Assembly: GCA_035460905.1 (NCBI GenBank)
Contig: DATHWE010000093.1
Location: forward strand, 14,854-78,853
From: Methylophilaceae bacterium
GTDB lineage: Bacteria; Pseudomonadota; Gammaproteobacteria; Burkholderiales; Methylophilaceae
Reading direction: 5' to 3'
DNA length: 64,000 nucleotides
The stretch's first letter is position 1. The number at the start of each line of letters is the position of its first letter. The position numbers and the translations under genes are program-made. The notes beneath the pieces are model-generated. The model saw only the letters and a program-made list of their open reading frames with translations. It was not told the DNA's origin and made no database searches. This document shows, piece after piece, positions 19,201 through 26,697 of this stretch.

Positions 19201-21065
19201 GCCTGAATAGTGCTGCGACCAATGAAGCTGCCGTGCTAGCCATGCAGGTTCATCCGGCAACCGTGAAGGCCACCGCCTTCGGCGGCAGCATTAATTTAGG
19301 CAAAGTGACCTTGGCACCGGCTGCCCAAGGCAACCTGAGTCTCTTGGCAGCCAGGGACGTAAGCGCTGTTAGCGGTGCCGCCATTACGGTTTCTGATGCC
19401 GATCCGGACGCATTGCCAAATGTACGTAAACCCATAGTCGAGACGAGCAACAATGCGTTCGCCAATCTGAAAACGGCCATGCTTGATTTGAGGAACGGCC
19501 ATGGCGCCATTCCGATTCATGCTGGAGATTTGAATCCTGTTGCGATAGTGGCGCGAGATGGCTCGATCAACTTGCTGGGAGACAACGTTTCCAAGGCAGA
19601 CATCAGCGGCGCCAGCCCAGGCTTGGTCTCCTCCAAGGCGGTTTATGCGCGTGCCGGTCAGGACATCGTGCTGAATGCGCACATACAGCATGCCAATCAA
19701 GGGGATATTTCCGTAATTGATGCTGGTCGCGACTTGAAAATGGCTGCCGGTCAGCGAAATATGCGAATCCAGGTGTCAGGTGGAGGGAATCTCTTGATCA
19801 AGACCGGCCGCGATCTTGACTTGGCCGATACTTCCGGCGTGCTCTCCGTGGCCAATTCCACCAATTTGGCACTCCCATCGGAAGGCGCCTCCATCACCTT
19901 GATGGCCGGCTTGGGTGAGGAGGGCGCGGACGTTGCCACTTACATTGCCACTTACCTGGCACCGACTGGCAACGGCCCGGCTGTGCTGCAGGGCGATGCC
20001 GAGAAGCTGGAGAAATATCGTCAGGACACAAGAGATGCCGTGACTGCCTACATGCGGAAGCTGACCAATGATGATAGCAAGGTCGCCGAAGATGGCAGCG
20101 TTGTGCTGAATGGTATTCAGATTGCAGCCAACTGGACCAAATACCAGGATGCAAAAATGGCGGAGTTCCTGGCGCTTGATGCCGATCGCCAAGCGGTCTT
20201 CGCCTACCGTCATTTCTCATCTGAGCTTCTGGCTTCCGGCCAGAGCTACAAGGATACCGCCAGCCACCAGCGTGGTGACGATGCCATCGCAACGATGTTC
20301 TCGGGCAAGGATTACAACGGCGATATCCTGATGTACAAGAGCCAGATACGCACGCAACGCGGTGGCAGCATCGACATGCTGGCGCCGGGAGGCTTGATCA
20401 ATGCCGGTTTGCCTGGTGATGTGAGCCAGCTGGGGCACGACATCGGTGTGGTGACTGAAAATGGCGGGGATATCCATGCTTTCTCCGAAAGCGGTTTCCT
20501 GGTTAACCAATCCAAGGTAATTACCCAGTATGGGGGCGACATCACGGTCTGGGTCAACAATGGCGACATCGATGCCGGCCGAGGCTCCAAGACTGCGGTA
20601 TCGGTGCCGGAACGGGAAGTGGAAACCGACAACGACGGTAATACCACAGTCGAGTTCAAGGGTGTAGCCGCAGGCAGCGGTATCCGCGCACAGAGCTATG
20701 ACCCGGACGGCCCCACTGCAGCAGGTAAGGCGCCCTCACTGGGTACGGTGTCCCTGATCGCTCCGCGCGGTGTTCTCAATGCGGGCGAAGCCGGTATTGC
20801 TGCCGGTAATTTCCTGGCGGTCGCGACGCAGGTTCTGGGTGCCGACAACATCACGGCTACAGGTACCTCCAGCGGCGTGCCCGTTGCCGATACCGGTGCC
20901 TTGTCGGGCGCTTTGGCGGGTGTTTCCAACGTGGCATCAGAAGCCACCAAATCGGCCTCCGACGAAGTGGCACGTCAGGTGGCGCAAGCCGCCCCGCAGC
21001 AATTCGAATCTCAACAACTAATGCCAGCCTTCGTGTCGGTGGAAGTGATCGGCCTTGGGGATTGA
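10224..21065 (+). CDS. Giant filamentous haemagglutinin-family TpsA (3613 aa) with ESPR, TPS domain and DUF3739-like C-terminus
   Basis: ESPR (MNKGIFRLVFSKRLGMYVPASE), TPS motif (ILNWQQ...YFINTNGIIFG), beta-helix repeats, C-terminal GDIDAGRGSKT...GSGI...LIAPRGVLNAGEAGI. Confidence 0.92.
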   Translation: MNKGIFRLVFSKRLGMYVPASEAARTHGKTATRRLSRRLAALVTAVAAAHAPLALAEPAGLKPQLNAQGALNWSNAAIDAARTSANQMTIRQNAAKAILNWQQLNLARGESLIFDQQGNRSWAALNRIHDANPSLIAGNIKADGHLYFINTNGIIFGEGAQINVGSLTAGSLDITDELFINGILPSDVPVFSGTGGFVQVKGEDFLVFRQEAGKTYWLKNDGTFTEEKKDAKSFASDDEAKAALNAIVAQNPASGAVTAVVREIPTITTASGGRVMLLAPDVENHGVIHTPDGQTILAAGKQVYLAKSDDPAGVLVEVNSGGTATNLGEIIAERGNVTLVGLAVNQQGRISASTSVRANGSIHLLARDTVNAATKDGVTTLTPKRYGTVTVGAGSVTEIGVEIGDKEEVLDKQAFTKSRVKIEGRAITVDGTIQAKGGDVTLDASKLDTVTDGSSLNLLNRVYLGEHALIDVSGVDAAAPMSRNQLEIQLFSEQLKDAPLLRGGPLFGEKIYVDARKGTSLIDTTDSEALIGRTVAEKMSAGGSVAIKASQESTKPGDVVIREGAKVDVSGGTISYSEGYIKESRLRYNGQLISIADATPDKAYEGTAETYSVTDNKWGITRTWTLSQSPQGIYQAAYQDGQAAGKVNVSGWSAVMDGSLIANTQKSFQQRNAPPVGATLTLAINSDLHLVSDAWKLPVDFSSHDILPADRAQETQLEVDFLRNGFTHLDLSASNITVDTPVVLDQGGSYVAIMDNPATTDVEKTPITVKDYVSLKGQVTVNEDITAAGGDIRINTDVFGNTNGGAVTVADGVTLSTAGLFTNDTQGIDGAMTAPVVVDAGNVMISGMVGGMNALTMGSDSLIDASAGAWVSASGELQGGKGGNIDLTGIQSVETGQVRAYGFDQGGALTLNSAQNIQVGGESPATAGTLWLSEGFFNQGGFSKYKIQATAPESDLLIGDVANSRTEIRPQAESLTMRTGYGSKSSGTSMDQVAQHALQPAHLRRPVSVTFKAGDELKVAENTAIVTEAPTSRNGARGDVTLEAGRQLTILGDIVAPAATIRANLTGKFGTIYPYDTTKSSLYIGEKASLSATGHYLTKPAENDLRNAEVLDAGSILLGRSLIKNSNGSTTPVNSEIGALVLAQGSVLDVSGVAGEVDVVRQNGSARETQYGAAGTIEIGSRNALVLDGEMHAKAEGSGKGGTLTLSIAGNSDNTLYQDETDRYPNDPRTLTVTQNTQLRGTGLQADSDMSGVMGQAAVSVEQIQEGGFDRVNLHADMDGVAGDKIVLPSGVNLAVPSALTLESGLIAVTGNGTAQIAAPVVTLQTNDNGGQAPVAGDATLKVAADFIDLVNTVGISGVKSTQLDSTRDIRGRGFTSNVTGSLTVPGELILKARQIYPVTNGSFLFEATGPQSRIEVQQSKLAPTPVLSAGGKLTLKANNIVQGGTLKAPLGFINLDAQASLILTPDSLTSVSAAGQLIPYGWTGLGGTNLYNPVSAIDPNTDSPNGIATAAETQKKIELKSASIDMQAGATVDISGGGDTLAYEWVEGIGGSIDVLGQPGVYAVMPSMKDEYAPYDYSFSQQRVVLDAEKKTYDGIPVDLKPGDAIYLSGIPGLEAGTYTLLPARYALLPGAYMVQTSTAQLPQGASALQADGASLVSGYRTTIASTVNTQAGRDAEYSTYRVINGKVFRESAGTTTYRGASEYILTSGNDFFAAQAEKKGTEVPRIASDAGQLVLNAGSELALEADVKAKKEEGGRGALVDIVSDKISVVSVIGASDGSLQLEADTLNGLNAESLLLGGTRTQDENGMTVATNASSVTFANDKEHALQVTELIAVAKDTVALEQNAVIETVVGTTDGGKLGLHASGDGALLAVSSLHDIEFDRSGTANAKGKLDIASGATVKAHRSMVLDATKEAELNGTASVSTGGSITLGANRILIGQADSTVSGMRIDNTLLGSFGVLSKVTLNSYRNIDFYGQASLGDKDVDLTLNAGGIAGHMGANESVTLTARNLEIRNSAGAVYESVNAAGGSTLNVNAENVALRGGSTATNAAIGGFENVNLTANKEVVFGGSGKTTVNAAETRITSTRITADTGTDYTLSATGTLTTASIPLKEGEEALELPTAEGLGAKLTLAGTETTIGGKIELASGQFTAQATQGDLIVDADANIQAKSLPVKFDKYTEYTPGGSVTLQADLGNVETKAGSVIDVSGGAGDGDAGKVKVSATKGNTILAGKLKGSAAAGKQGGSFTLDTKTISDFSKINSVLNAGSFNASRDMRIRSGDVTIAATDVVKAENVVLSADTGKINVDGTVDASGANGGNIEIYAKDDLTVHQGGKLLAHATGDGTEMVDGLGAGGNVLLSSDSGTVKAEVFEADGTTRMTNAALIDVSGEKDKAGVVKGAAGSVTLRAGRTGTNNDTFNSVRTAGTATALTATITGLTTLTRGTVVAFTPNQNSGTAARLNINGLGAKSLMKDGGTAIVAGDLKKDMTYIAVYDGTNFQLVSGDAMGSLATGSGAVGTGVNIEVDTTAAITGARDVHLEASRIYEKSVLDSKAQLQLAADTQAFASRAATIQAGYRQTMDKVTATLAPAVEVRSTGDLTLSNDWNLDNTVNGTLGMAGAGTLTLRAAKNLNINGSLSDGFDAVTPFANLVAGNAWSFRLASGADLTAANPLATVKNTSGGNLTLANNKLIRTGTGDIEMAAGGNLVMGNDGSVIYTVGQAADTLAGFETVATATLSTKNGSTSASYLTNGGDIGIAVQGDITGKIVSVVNDASKQQLVNEWLFRQGNTKNTDVSWWVRPDLFKQGVAAMGGGNVTIDAGGDITNFSASVPTTGRYDTFTKTVTTDPVTGDAIVTISDGTGKYRIDGGGDLTVRAGGNINSGVYYVGRGDLKLSAGGAITKSANTAGTIVALQDSSASVSALKSATLETVFNPTLFAQSSVNSNITTGLSANSSYFSSYGDESVLSLSSITGDVGLGMGLNSDTKSAIKSSGLNSAATNEAAVLAMQVHPATVKATAFGGSINLGKVTLAPAAQGNLSLLAARDVSAVSGAAITVSDADPDALPNVRKPIVETSNNAFANLKTAMLDLRNGHGAIPIHAGDLNPVAIVARDGSINLLGDNVSKADISGASPGLVSSKAVYARAGQDIVLNAHIQHANQGDISVIDAGRDLKMAAGQRNMRIQVSGGGNLLIKTGRDLDLADTSGVLSVANSTNLALPSEGASITLMAGLGEEGADVATYIATYLAPTGNGPAVLQGDAEKLEKYRQDTRDAVTAYMRKLTNDDSKVAEDGSVVLNGIQIAANWTKYQDAKMAEFLALDADRQAVFAYRHFSSELLASGQSYKDTASHQRGDDAIATMFSGKDYNGDILMYKSQIRTQRGGSIDMLAPGGLINAGLPGDVSQLGHDIGVVTENGGDIHAFSESGFLVNQSKVITQYGGDITVWVNNGDIDAGRGSKTAVSVPEREVETDNDGNTTVEFKGVAAGSGIRAQSYDPDGPTAAGKAPSLGTVSLIAPRGVLNAGEAGIAAGNFLAVATQVLGADNITATGTSSGVPVADTGALSGALAGVSNVASEATKSASDEVARQVAQAAPQQFESQQLMPAFVSVEVIGLGD

Positions 21066-21147
21066 ACCAGTAGGTAACAGTTTAACGGGGGCGACATATT
21101 CGCTCCCTATAGTAGGCCGTTTTGATTTTTGGGAGTAAGGATAAAAA

Positions 21148-22815
21148 ATGATTAAAAGATGGTTTCTACTGGCGCTGATGTTGCTGCCGGCGCTGGCGCA
21201 GGCGCAATGGAACGAAGCATGGACCGCGCGCAGCAAGGTGGCCGTGAACGCACAGGCAGCAGGTGCAATGGCTACCGACGTACCTGTCGCGGTGCGCCTG
21301 CATAGCGGCAATTTCGATTTTCTGAGCGCCAAGGACGACGGTTCCGATTTGCGCATCGTTGCTGCGGACGACAAGACCGAGCTTAAGTTCCATATCGAGA
21401 AGTTCGATTCCGTCAACGAACTGGCTGTCGTGTGGGTGCAGCTGCCCAAGGTCGATCCGGCAGAAAAGGACGCGCATTTCTGGATTTATTACGGCAACGA
21501 AGCGGCCGCTGCGCCTGCTGAGGCCAAGCCCTGGGACGCGCCCACCGCCGCAGTTTTCCATTTTGCAGAAAAGACCTTGCTGCAGGATTCCGCCAACAGT
21601 CTGGCAGCGACAGGCGCGGTGACGGTTCAGAAAGCGGCCCTACTGGGCGAAGCGGCCGTATTCAACGGCACGCCGATCAGCATCCCGGCCTCTCCCGCTC
21701 TGAAACTCGCCTCGGGAAGCGGTTTCAGTTTTTCCGCCTGGATCAAGCCCGCGTCGCTGCCGCAGCAGGCCGTGCTTTATCGGCAGGGCGGCGTATCCGT
21801 GAAGATCGACGGCCAGAAGATTTCCCTGGTGTCCAACAGCACAGTCACAGCCCAGAGCGACATCAAGGCCGCCGGCTGGCAACACGTGGCGGCCGTAGCC
21901 GATGGTGCCAAAGTCGCGCTTTACATCGACGGCCAGCCTGTAGGAACCGGTGACGTGGCAATCCCGGATACGCAATCCGAAGTGATCATCGGCGAAGGCT
22001 ACACCGGAGAGATGGATGAACTCCAATTGGCTTCCGCCGGACGCAACGCGGACTGGATCAAGCTTGCGGCCAGCGGCCAGGGCGCTGAAAGCACGCTACT
22101 CGTCGTGCAAGCCTCCGAAGGCGAGGAGGGAGGTGAAGAAGGCGGTGAGGCTTCCTACATGGGTATCCTCTTCAACAGCCTGACGCTGGACGCGGAGATC
22201 GTCATCGGCATCCTGGCCGTGATGTTCGCAATCAGTGTCGGCGTCATGGTTGCCAAGGCCCGCCTGGTCTCCAGCACGGACAAGGACAACCGCCAGTTCC
22301 TGTCGCGTTTCCAGGGCGCCAGTCATGACCTGCTGCAGCTCGATAACGGTATAAGCCTGCCCAACTCCACGCTATTCAAGCTTTACATGGCAGGCTTACG
22401 CGAAATACGCAAACGCGAGAAGGACGGCGAGGCTCTGGCACTGAGCGGTGCCTCGATGGATGCGATCAAGGCCGCCATCGACGCAGACCTGGTGCGTGAA
22501 AGCCAGCGCATCAACGGCAAGATGGTGCTGTTGACCATCGCGATTTCCGGCGGCCCATTCCTCGGCCTGCTCGGTACCGTGGTGGGCGTGATGATCACCT
22601 TCGCCGCGATTGCGGCGGCGGGCGACGTCAACGTCAATGCCATCGCCCCGGGTATCGCCGCCGCATTGCTGGCGACGGTCGCCGGCCTCGGCGTCGCGAT
22701 TCCGGCGCTGTTTGGCTACAACTACCTCGCCAGCCGCATCAAGAACATCACCATCGAAATGCAGATTTTCGTGGACGAGTTCGTGACCCGCGTTGCCGAA
22801 CTCCACGGCAAGTAA
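21148..22815 (+). CDS. DUF2341 + LamG/ConA-like + MotA/TolQ/ExbB proton-channel fusion
   Basis: DGSDLRIVAADDKTELKFHIEKFD...WIYYGN (DUF2341); FSAWIKP...WQHVA...LYIDG...GEMDEL (LamG); PFLGLLGTVVG...GIAAALLATVAGLGVAIPA (ExbB). Confidence 0.92.
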   Translation: MIKRWFLLALMLLPALAQAQWNEAWTARSKVAVNAQAAGAMATDVPVAVRLHSGNFDFLSAKDDGSDLRIVAADDKTELKFHIEKFDSVNELAVVWVQLPKVDPAEKDAHFWIYYGNEAAAAPAEAKPWDAPTAAVFHFAEKTLLQDSANSLAATGAVTVQKAALLGEAAVFNGTPISIPASPALKLASGSGFSFSAWIKPASLPQQAVLYRQGGVSVKIDGQKISLVSNSTVTAQSDIKAAGWQHVAAVADGAKVALYIDGQPVGTGDVAIPDTQSEVIIGEGYTGEMDELQLASAGRNADWIKLAASGQGAESTLLVVQASEGEEGGEEGGEASYMGILFNSLTLDAEIVIGILAVMFAISVGVMVAKARLVSSTDKDNRQFLSRFQGASHDLLQLDNGISLPNSTLFKLYMAGLREIRKREKDGEALALSGASMDAIKAAIDADLVRESQRINGKMVLLTIAISGGPFLGLLGTVVGVMITFAAIAAAGDVNVNAIAPGIAAALLATVAGLGVAIPALFGYNYLASRIKNITIEMQIFVDEFVTRVAELHGK

Positions 22816-22826
22816 GGAGTTGATCA

Positions 22827-23237
22827 GTGTCTGAAGGCGTCAAGGAAGAGAACCAGCTCTACGACGAGATCAACATCACGCCGATGCTCGATCTCGCCTA
22901 CGTGTTGCTGGTGATTTTTATCATCATGACCACCGCTTCGGTGCAGGGCGTCAAGGTCGATATTCCGCAAACGCAAGCGACGGCCAGCCTGGCCAAGCCG
23001 CAGATGCGGGCGATCACGATCACCAGCGACGGCACGGTGTATCTCGATGCGTATCCGGTCGACATGCCAATGCTGGAACAACGGCTGGCCGAGTACAAGG
23101 GAGGCAATCCCGACTTGCCGGTGGTGCTCAAGGGCGACGCAGCTGCGCATTACGAAAAGGTCTCTGAAGTGCTGGAAATCTGCAAACGGCTGGGCATCAC
23201 CGAAATCGGCCTGGTGACAAAACGGGACGAGGGCTAG
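22827..23237 (+). CDS. exbD: ExbD/TolR biopolymer transport protein (copy 1)
   Basis: EINITPMLDLAYVLLVIFI TM with conserved Asp; VVLKGD. Confidence 0.92.
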   Translation: MSEGVKEENQLYDEINITPMLDLAYVLLVIFIIMTTASVQGVKVDIPQTQATASLAKPQMRAITITSDGTVYLDAYPVDMPMLEQRLAEYKGGNPDLPVVLKGDAAAHYEKVSEVLEICKRLGITEIGLVTKRDEG

Positions 23238-23240
23238 GAC

Positions 23241-23645
23241 ATGCAAGTACAAACCGACGCGCAGCCCTACGACACCATCAATATCACGCCGATGCTGGAC
23301 CTGGCTTATGTGCTGCTGGTGATCTTCATCCTGATGACGACGGCCGGCGTGCAGGGGCTGACGATGAATCTGCCCAAGCCTTCCAACAAGCCCAGCACCG
23401 AAAAGCACGAGGTCAAGATCGTGCAGGTGCAGCAGGGCGGCGGGCTGCTGGTCAACGGCGTGGGAGTGAGCCTGGCGGAGCTGGAAAGCCAGCTCAACGC
23501 CGCCCGGGCGCGTGATCCGAAATTCTCGGTGATGATCAAGGGCGACGCGCAAGCGCCGTATGCCGGCATCATCAGCGTGGTCGACCTGGTAACGCGCATG
23601 GAAATCGAGAATGTCGGGCTGGTGACGGCCAGGATAGGCACCTGA
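23241..23645 (+). CDS. exbD: ExbD/TolR biopolymer transport protein (copy 2)
   Basis: TINITPMLDLAYVLLVIFI TM with conserved Asp; VMIKGD. Confidence 0.92.
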   Translation: MQVQTDAQPYDTINITPMLDLAYVLLVIFILMTTAGVQGLTMNLPKPSNKPSTEKHEVKIVQVQQGGGLLVNGVGVSLAELESQLNAARARDPKFSVMIKGDAQAPYAGIISVVDLVTRMEIENVGLVTARIGT

Positions 23646-24352
23646 TGAGCACGACGACGATGTCCGATCAGGGCGCCCCGGTGCCGTCCGAAAAGATGGT
23701 TTGGCTCAAGCGCATCGGGCTGGCGCTGGTCGTACTCGCTTGCCTGTACGGCCTGTGGTTCGCGGTGAAAGGGCTGTTCGAGCCGCATACGCCACAGAAA
23801 AAACAGATCACCAAGATCAAGATCCTGCCGGATACGCCGCCGCCTCCGCCCCCGCCGCCCAAAGAGCCTCCGAAGGAACAGCAGAAAGAGCAACCGAAGG
23901 AAGTGAAGATGGAGCAGCCCAAGCCGCAGGAAGTTCCGGAGCCCCCAGCCGAGGCGCTGAAGATGGAAGGCGCGGCCGGCGACGGCCCCAGTCCGTTCAG
24001 CGCCGGACCGGTGACCAACGATTACAAGGGCGGCGAGGTCGCGACCAAGATCGGCGGCAAGAAGAGCATGGCGGCCTACGCCTGGTTTACCGGCCAGGTC
24101 AAGACACGCATCGAGGACGCGCTGGAAGCAGAAACAGGCCTGTCCAGAGCACAGTACCGGATCGTGGTGCACGTATGGATCTCGCCGGACGGGCAGGTCG
24201 AGCGCAGCGAAGTACAGGGCTCGAGCGGCGATGCGGCGATCGACGCGCTGATCAAGAAGGCGTTGGCCGGCCTCGGCCGGGTGGGCGATGCTCCGCCGGA
24301 CGACATGCCGCAACCGGTGAAATTGCGCATTACCTCGAAAAACACAGGTTGA
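23645..24352 (+). CDS. TonB/TolA-like energy transducer
   Basis: N-terminal TM, poly-Pro and KE-rich linker, C-terminal domain (ISPDGQV...SSGDAAIDA). Confidence 0.85.
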   Translation: MSTTTMSDQGAPVPSEKMVWLKRIGLALVVLACLYGLWFAVKGLFEPHTPQKKQITKIKILPDTPPPPPPPPKEPPKEQQKEQPKEVKMEQPKPQEVPEPPAEALKMEGAAGDGPSPFSAGPVTNDYKGGEVATKIGGKKSMAAYAWFTGQVKTRIEDALEAETGLSRAQYRIVVHVWISPDGQVERSEVQGSSGDAAIDALIKKALAGLGRVGDAPPDDMPQPVKLRITSKNTG

Positions 24353-24386
24353 TTGAACAACTGATTATTTAAGGGTGGAACATAAG

Positions 24387-25997
24387 ATGGAACAACGATT
24401 GAAGCCGATGTTGCTGGCGCTTGCCGCCTCGGGCTGCCTGGCCTTCTCGCTGCCGACGGTGGCGGGCGAGCGCGAGTCGCTGGAGCAGCTGCGCACGACC
24501 ACGCTCAGCCTGATCGAGCTGCTGGTGCAGGAAGGGGTGCTTTCCAAAGACAAGGCGGAAGCCATCGTGCAGCAGGCCGAATCGGCCAAGGTGCAGTCCG
24601 CCGCTGCCGATGAGGCGGAACCCGTCACGGCGGGCAACGGCGACAAGACCGTGCGCGTGCAGTACGTGCCTGAGCACGTCAAGAAAGAAATGCGCGAAGA
24701 GATCAAGCAGGAGGTCATGGCCAAGCTGAATTACAAGGCGGGAGAACGCTTGGGCCTGCCTGACTGGATCGACCGCATTCAGTGGGAAGGCGACATGCGC
24801 CTGCGTTACGAATTGGATCATTTCCCGGACGGCAACGATCCGGCCTTCGTTTTCGGCACCAGCGAGACGCGCAACGCGGAGCTTTCCAACACCGACGAGG
24901 AGCGCAACCGTTTCCGCGTTCGCGCACGGCTAGGGGCTAAGCTCAAGCTGACCGACTGGCTGGACGGCGGCATTCGGATGACTACCGGCAAGGAAGACGA
25001 CCCGGTCTCCCCCAACCAGACGCTGGAGACGAGCGACAGCAAGTACTCTTTCGCGCTTGACCGGGCCTATTTACGGATGACGCCCGTGCCGTGGGCGAGC
25101 GTTTCGGGTGGCCGTATCGAGAATCCATATTTCTCGACCGACTTGGTATGGGATCCTGACCTTGCGTTCGATGGTGCCGCTGCCGTGTTCAAACCACGCT
25201 TCTCTGACAACTGGTCTGTGTTCGGCACCTTGGGGGCCTTCATCCTTGACGAGCAGCAATCTTCGGAAGATACCGACGCACGCGACAAGTGGCTGTTTGG
25301 TGCGCAGGCCGGCCTGCAGTGGCAAAGCGCCGATCGCTCTTCGGTCAAGTTGGGGGTCGCGCTCTATGACTTCAAGAATGTCGAAGGCAAGCCGAATCCC
25401 TTACTGAGCCCAGGTCTTTATGACAATACGGTGCTGGCGTTTCGCAGCAAGGGTAATAGTACCTTCAGCATCGATCCAACCAACCAGTGTGGCAATGGCG
25501 GGCTTTGCGGATTGGCTTCAGAGTTCCGCGAGCTGAATCTGACCGGGCAGATCGATCTGGCCACCTTCAGCCCTGTTCACGTCATCCTGACGGCTGACTA
25601 TGTCAAGAACCTGGGGTTTGACGAAAGCGAAATTGCCGCGCGTACCGGCATGCCGCTTGGCACTTATGACGAAGAAACCGAAGGCTATCAAGTACGTCTG
25701 GCGGTCGGTATGCCGGAAGTGAAGAGCAGGCACGACTGGCAGGTGTTCGGTGCCTATAAGCGCTTGGAAGCGGATGCGGTGCTGGATGCCTTCACCGATT
25801 CCGATTTCAACCTCGGCGGCACCAATGCTGAGGGCTGGATCGTCGGCGCGAGCTATGGCCTGGATAAGAACACCTGGCTAAGCGCTCGCTACTTCACTTC
25901 GGATGAAATCATCAAGTGGAATCAGGACACTGCCACCTTGACCGGCCGGAAGTTTGGCGCCGATGTGCTACTGATTGATCTGAACGCGAAGTTCTAG
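24387..25997 (+). CDS. Putative porin (outer-membrane beta-barrel with N-terminal periplasmic extension)
   Basis: Signal peptide, LIELLVQEGVL helix, GDMRLRYE, RFRVRARLG, DLVWDPDL, DSDFNLGGTN, C-terminal DLNAKF. Confidence 0.85.
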   Translation: MEQRLKPMLLALAASGCLAFSLPTVAGERESLEQLRTTTLSLIELLVQEGVLSKDKAEAIVQQAESAKVQSAAADEAEPVTAGNGDKTVRVQYVPEHVKKEMREEIKQEVMAKLNYKAGERLGLPDWIDRIQWEGDMRLRYELDHFPDGNDPAFVFGTSETRNAELSNTDEERNRFRVRARLGAKLKLTDWLDGGIRMTTGKEDDPVSPNQTLETSDSKYSFALDRAYLRMTPVPWASVSGGRIENPYFSTDLVWDPDLAFDGAAAVFKPRFSDNWSVFGTLGAFILDEQQSSEDTDARDKWLFGAQAGLQWQSADRSSVKLGVALYDFKNVEGKPNPLLSPGLYDNTVLAFRSKGNSTFSIDPTNQCGNGGLCGLASEFRELNLTGQIDLATFSPVHVILTADYVKNLGFDESEIAARTGMPLGTYDEETEGYQVRLAVGMPEVKSRHDWQVFGAYKRLEADAVLDAFTDSDFNLGGTNAEGWIVGASYGLDKNTWLSARYFTSDEIIKWNQDTATLTGRKFGADVLLIDLNAKF

Positions 25998-26008
25998 GGG
26001 TATACCGC

Positions 26009-26680
26009 ATGAAGCGAATCATCCAGATACTGGTCGCCCTGTCGCTGGCGACGGCTTGTATAGCGCACGCGGCGGAAAATACCTCCAAACGCGAAAAACA
26101 GCTACAGCGGCGCATGCAGCAGCAGATGCAGCAAATCTCGGCCGAGCGCGATGCACTGGCACAGGAGAATGCAACACTTGCCGCGAAGGTGAAAGAGTTT
26201 GAAGCCGCTGCCGCCGGAACCGAAAGTACGGTAGCGCGCTTGAACCGCAGCAAGAAGTCGCTGGAAAGCGAGATGCAGGCGCTTCGTACTGAGCACGACT
26301 CTGCTCTGCAGGCTTGCAGACAGGAAACCCAATCGGCGTTGCAGGCAGGGGAGTCATTGCAGCAAAAGCTGGCTGAAAACGAGCAGAAGCTGGCCGACAC
26401 AAGCAGCAACCTGATGCAGGCGCAAGCCGAGAAAAAGGGCCTGCAGGGCGAAAAGCTGTCGCTGGAGAAAACCCTGGAGCAGCATGGCAAGCAGTTCGCC
26501 GCCTGCCAGGAAAAAAACCGCAAGCTCTACGGCGTGACGCGCGAAGTCATCGACCGTCAGCGTAACGACGCGCTGTTCGGCAAGGAGCCACTGTTCGGCC
26601 TGGGCAAGGTCGAGGTGGAAAACCTGTTCCAGGAATACGAGGATCGCGCCTACGCCGAGAAGATTCCGGTGAAACAGTAA
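26009..26680 (+). CDS. Periplasmic coiled-coil protein
   Basis: Signal peptide, long Q/E/K heptad region, C-terminal CQEKNRKLY...EPLFGLGKVEVEN. Confidence 0.8.
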   Translation: MKRIIQILVALSLATACIAHAAENTSKREKQLQRRMQQQMQQISAERDALAQENATLAAKVKEFEAAAAGTESTVARLNRSKKSLESEMQALRTEHDSALQACRQETQSALQAGESLQQKLAENEQKLADTSSNLMQAQAEKKGLQGEKLSLEKTLEQHGKQFAACQEKNRKLYGVTREVIDRQRNDALFGKEPLFGLGKVEVENLFQEYEDRAYAEKIPVKQ

Positions 26681-26697
26681 TCTGCCTGATCGCTCCC

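Noticed and set aside
10224-21065. CdiA toxin interpretation
   Set aside because: No VENN/pre-toxin motif, no toxin-like C-terminus and no small immunity gene downstream
23831-23950. CCG-rich repeat
   Set aside because: Encodes the normal TonB poly-proline linker
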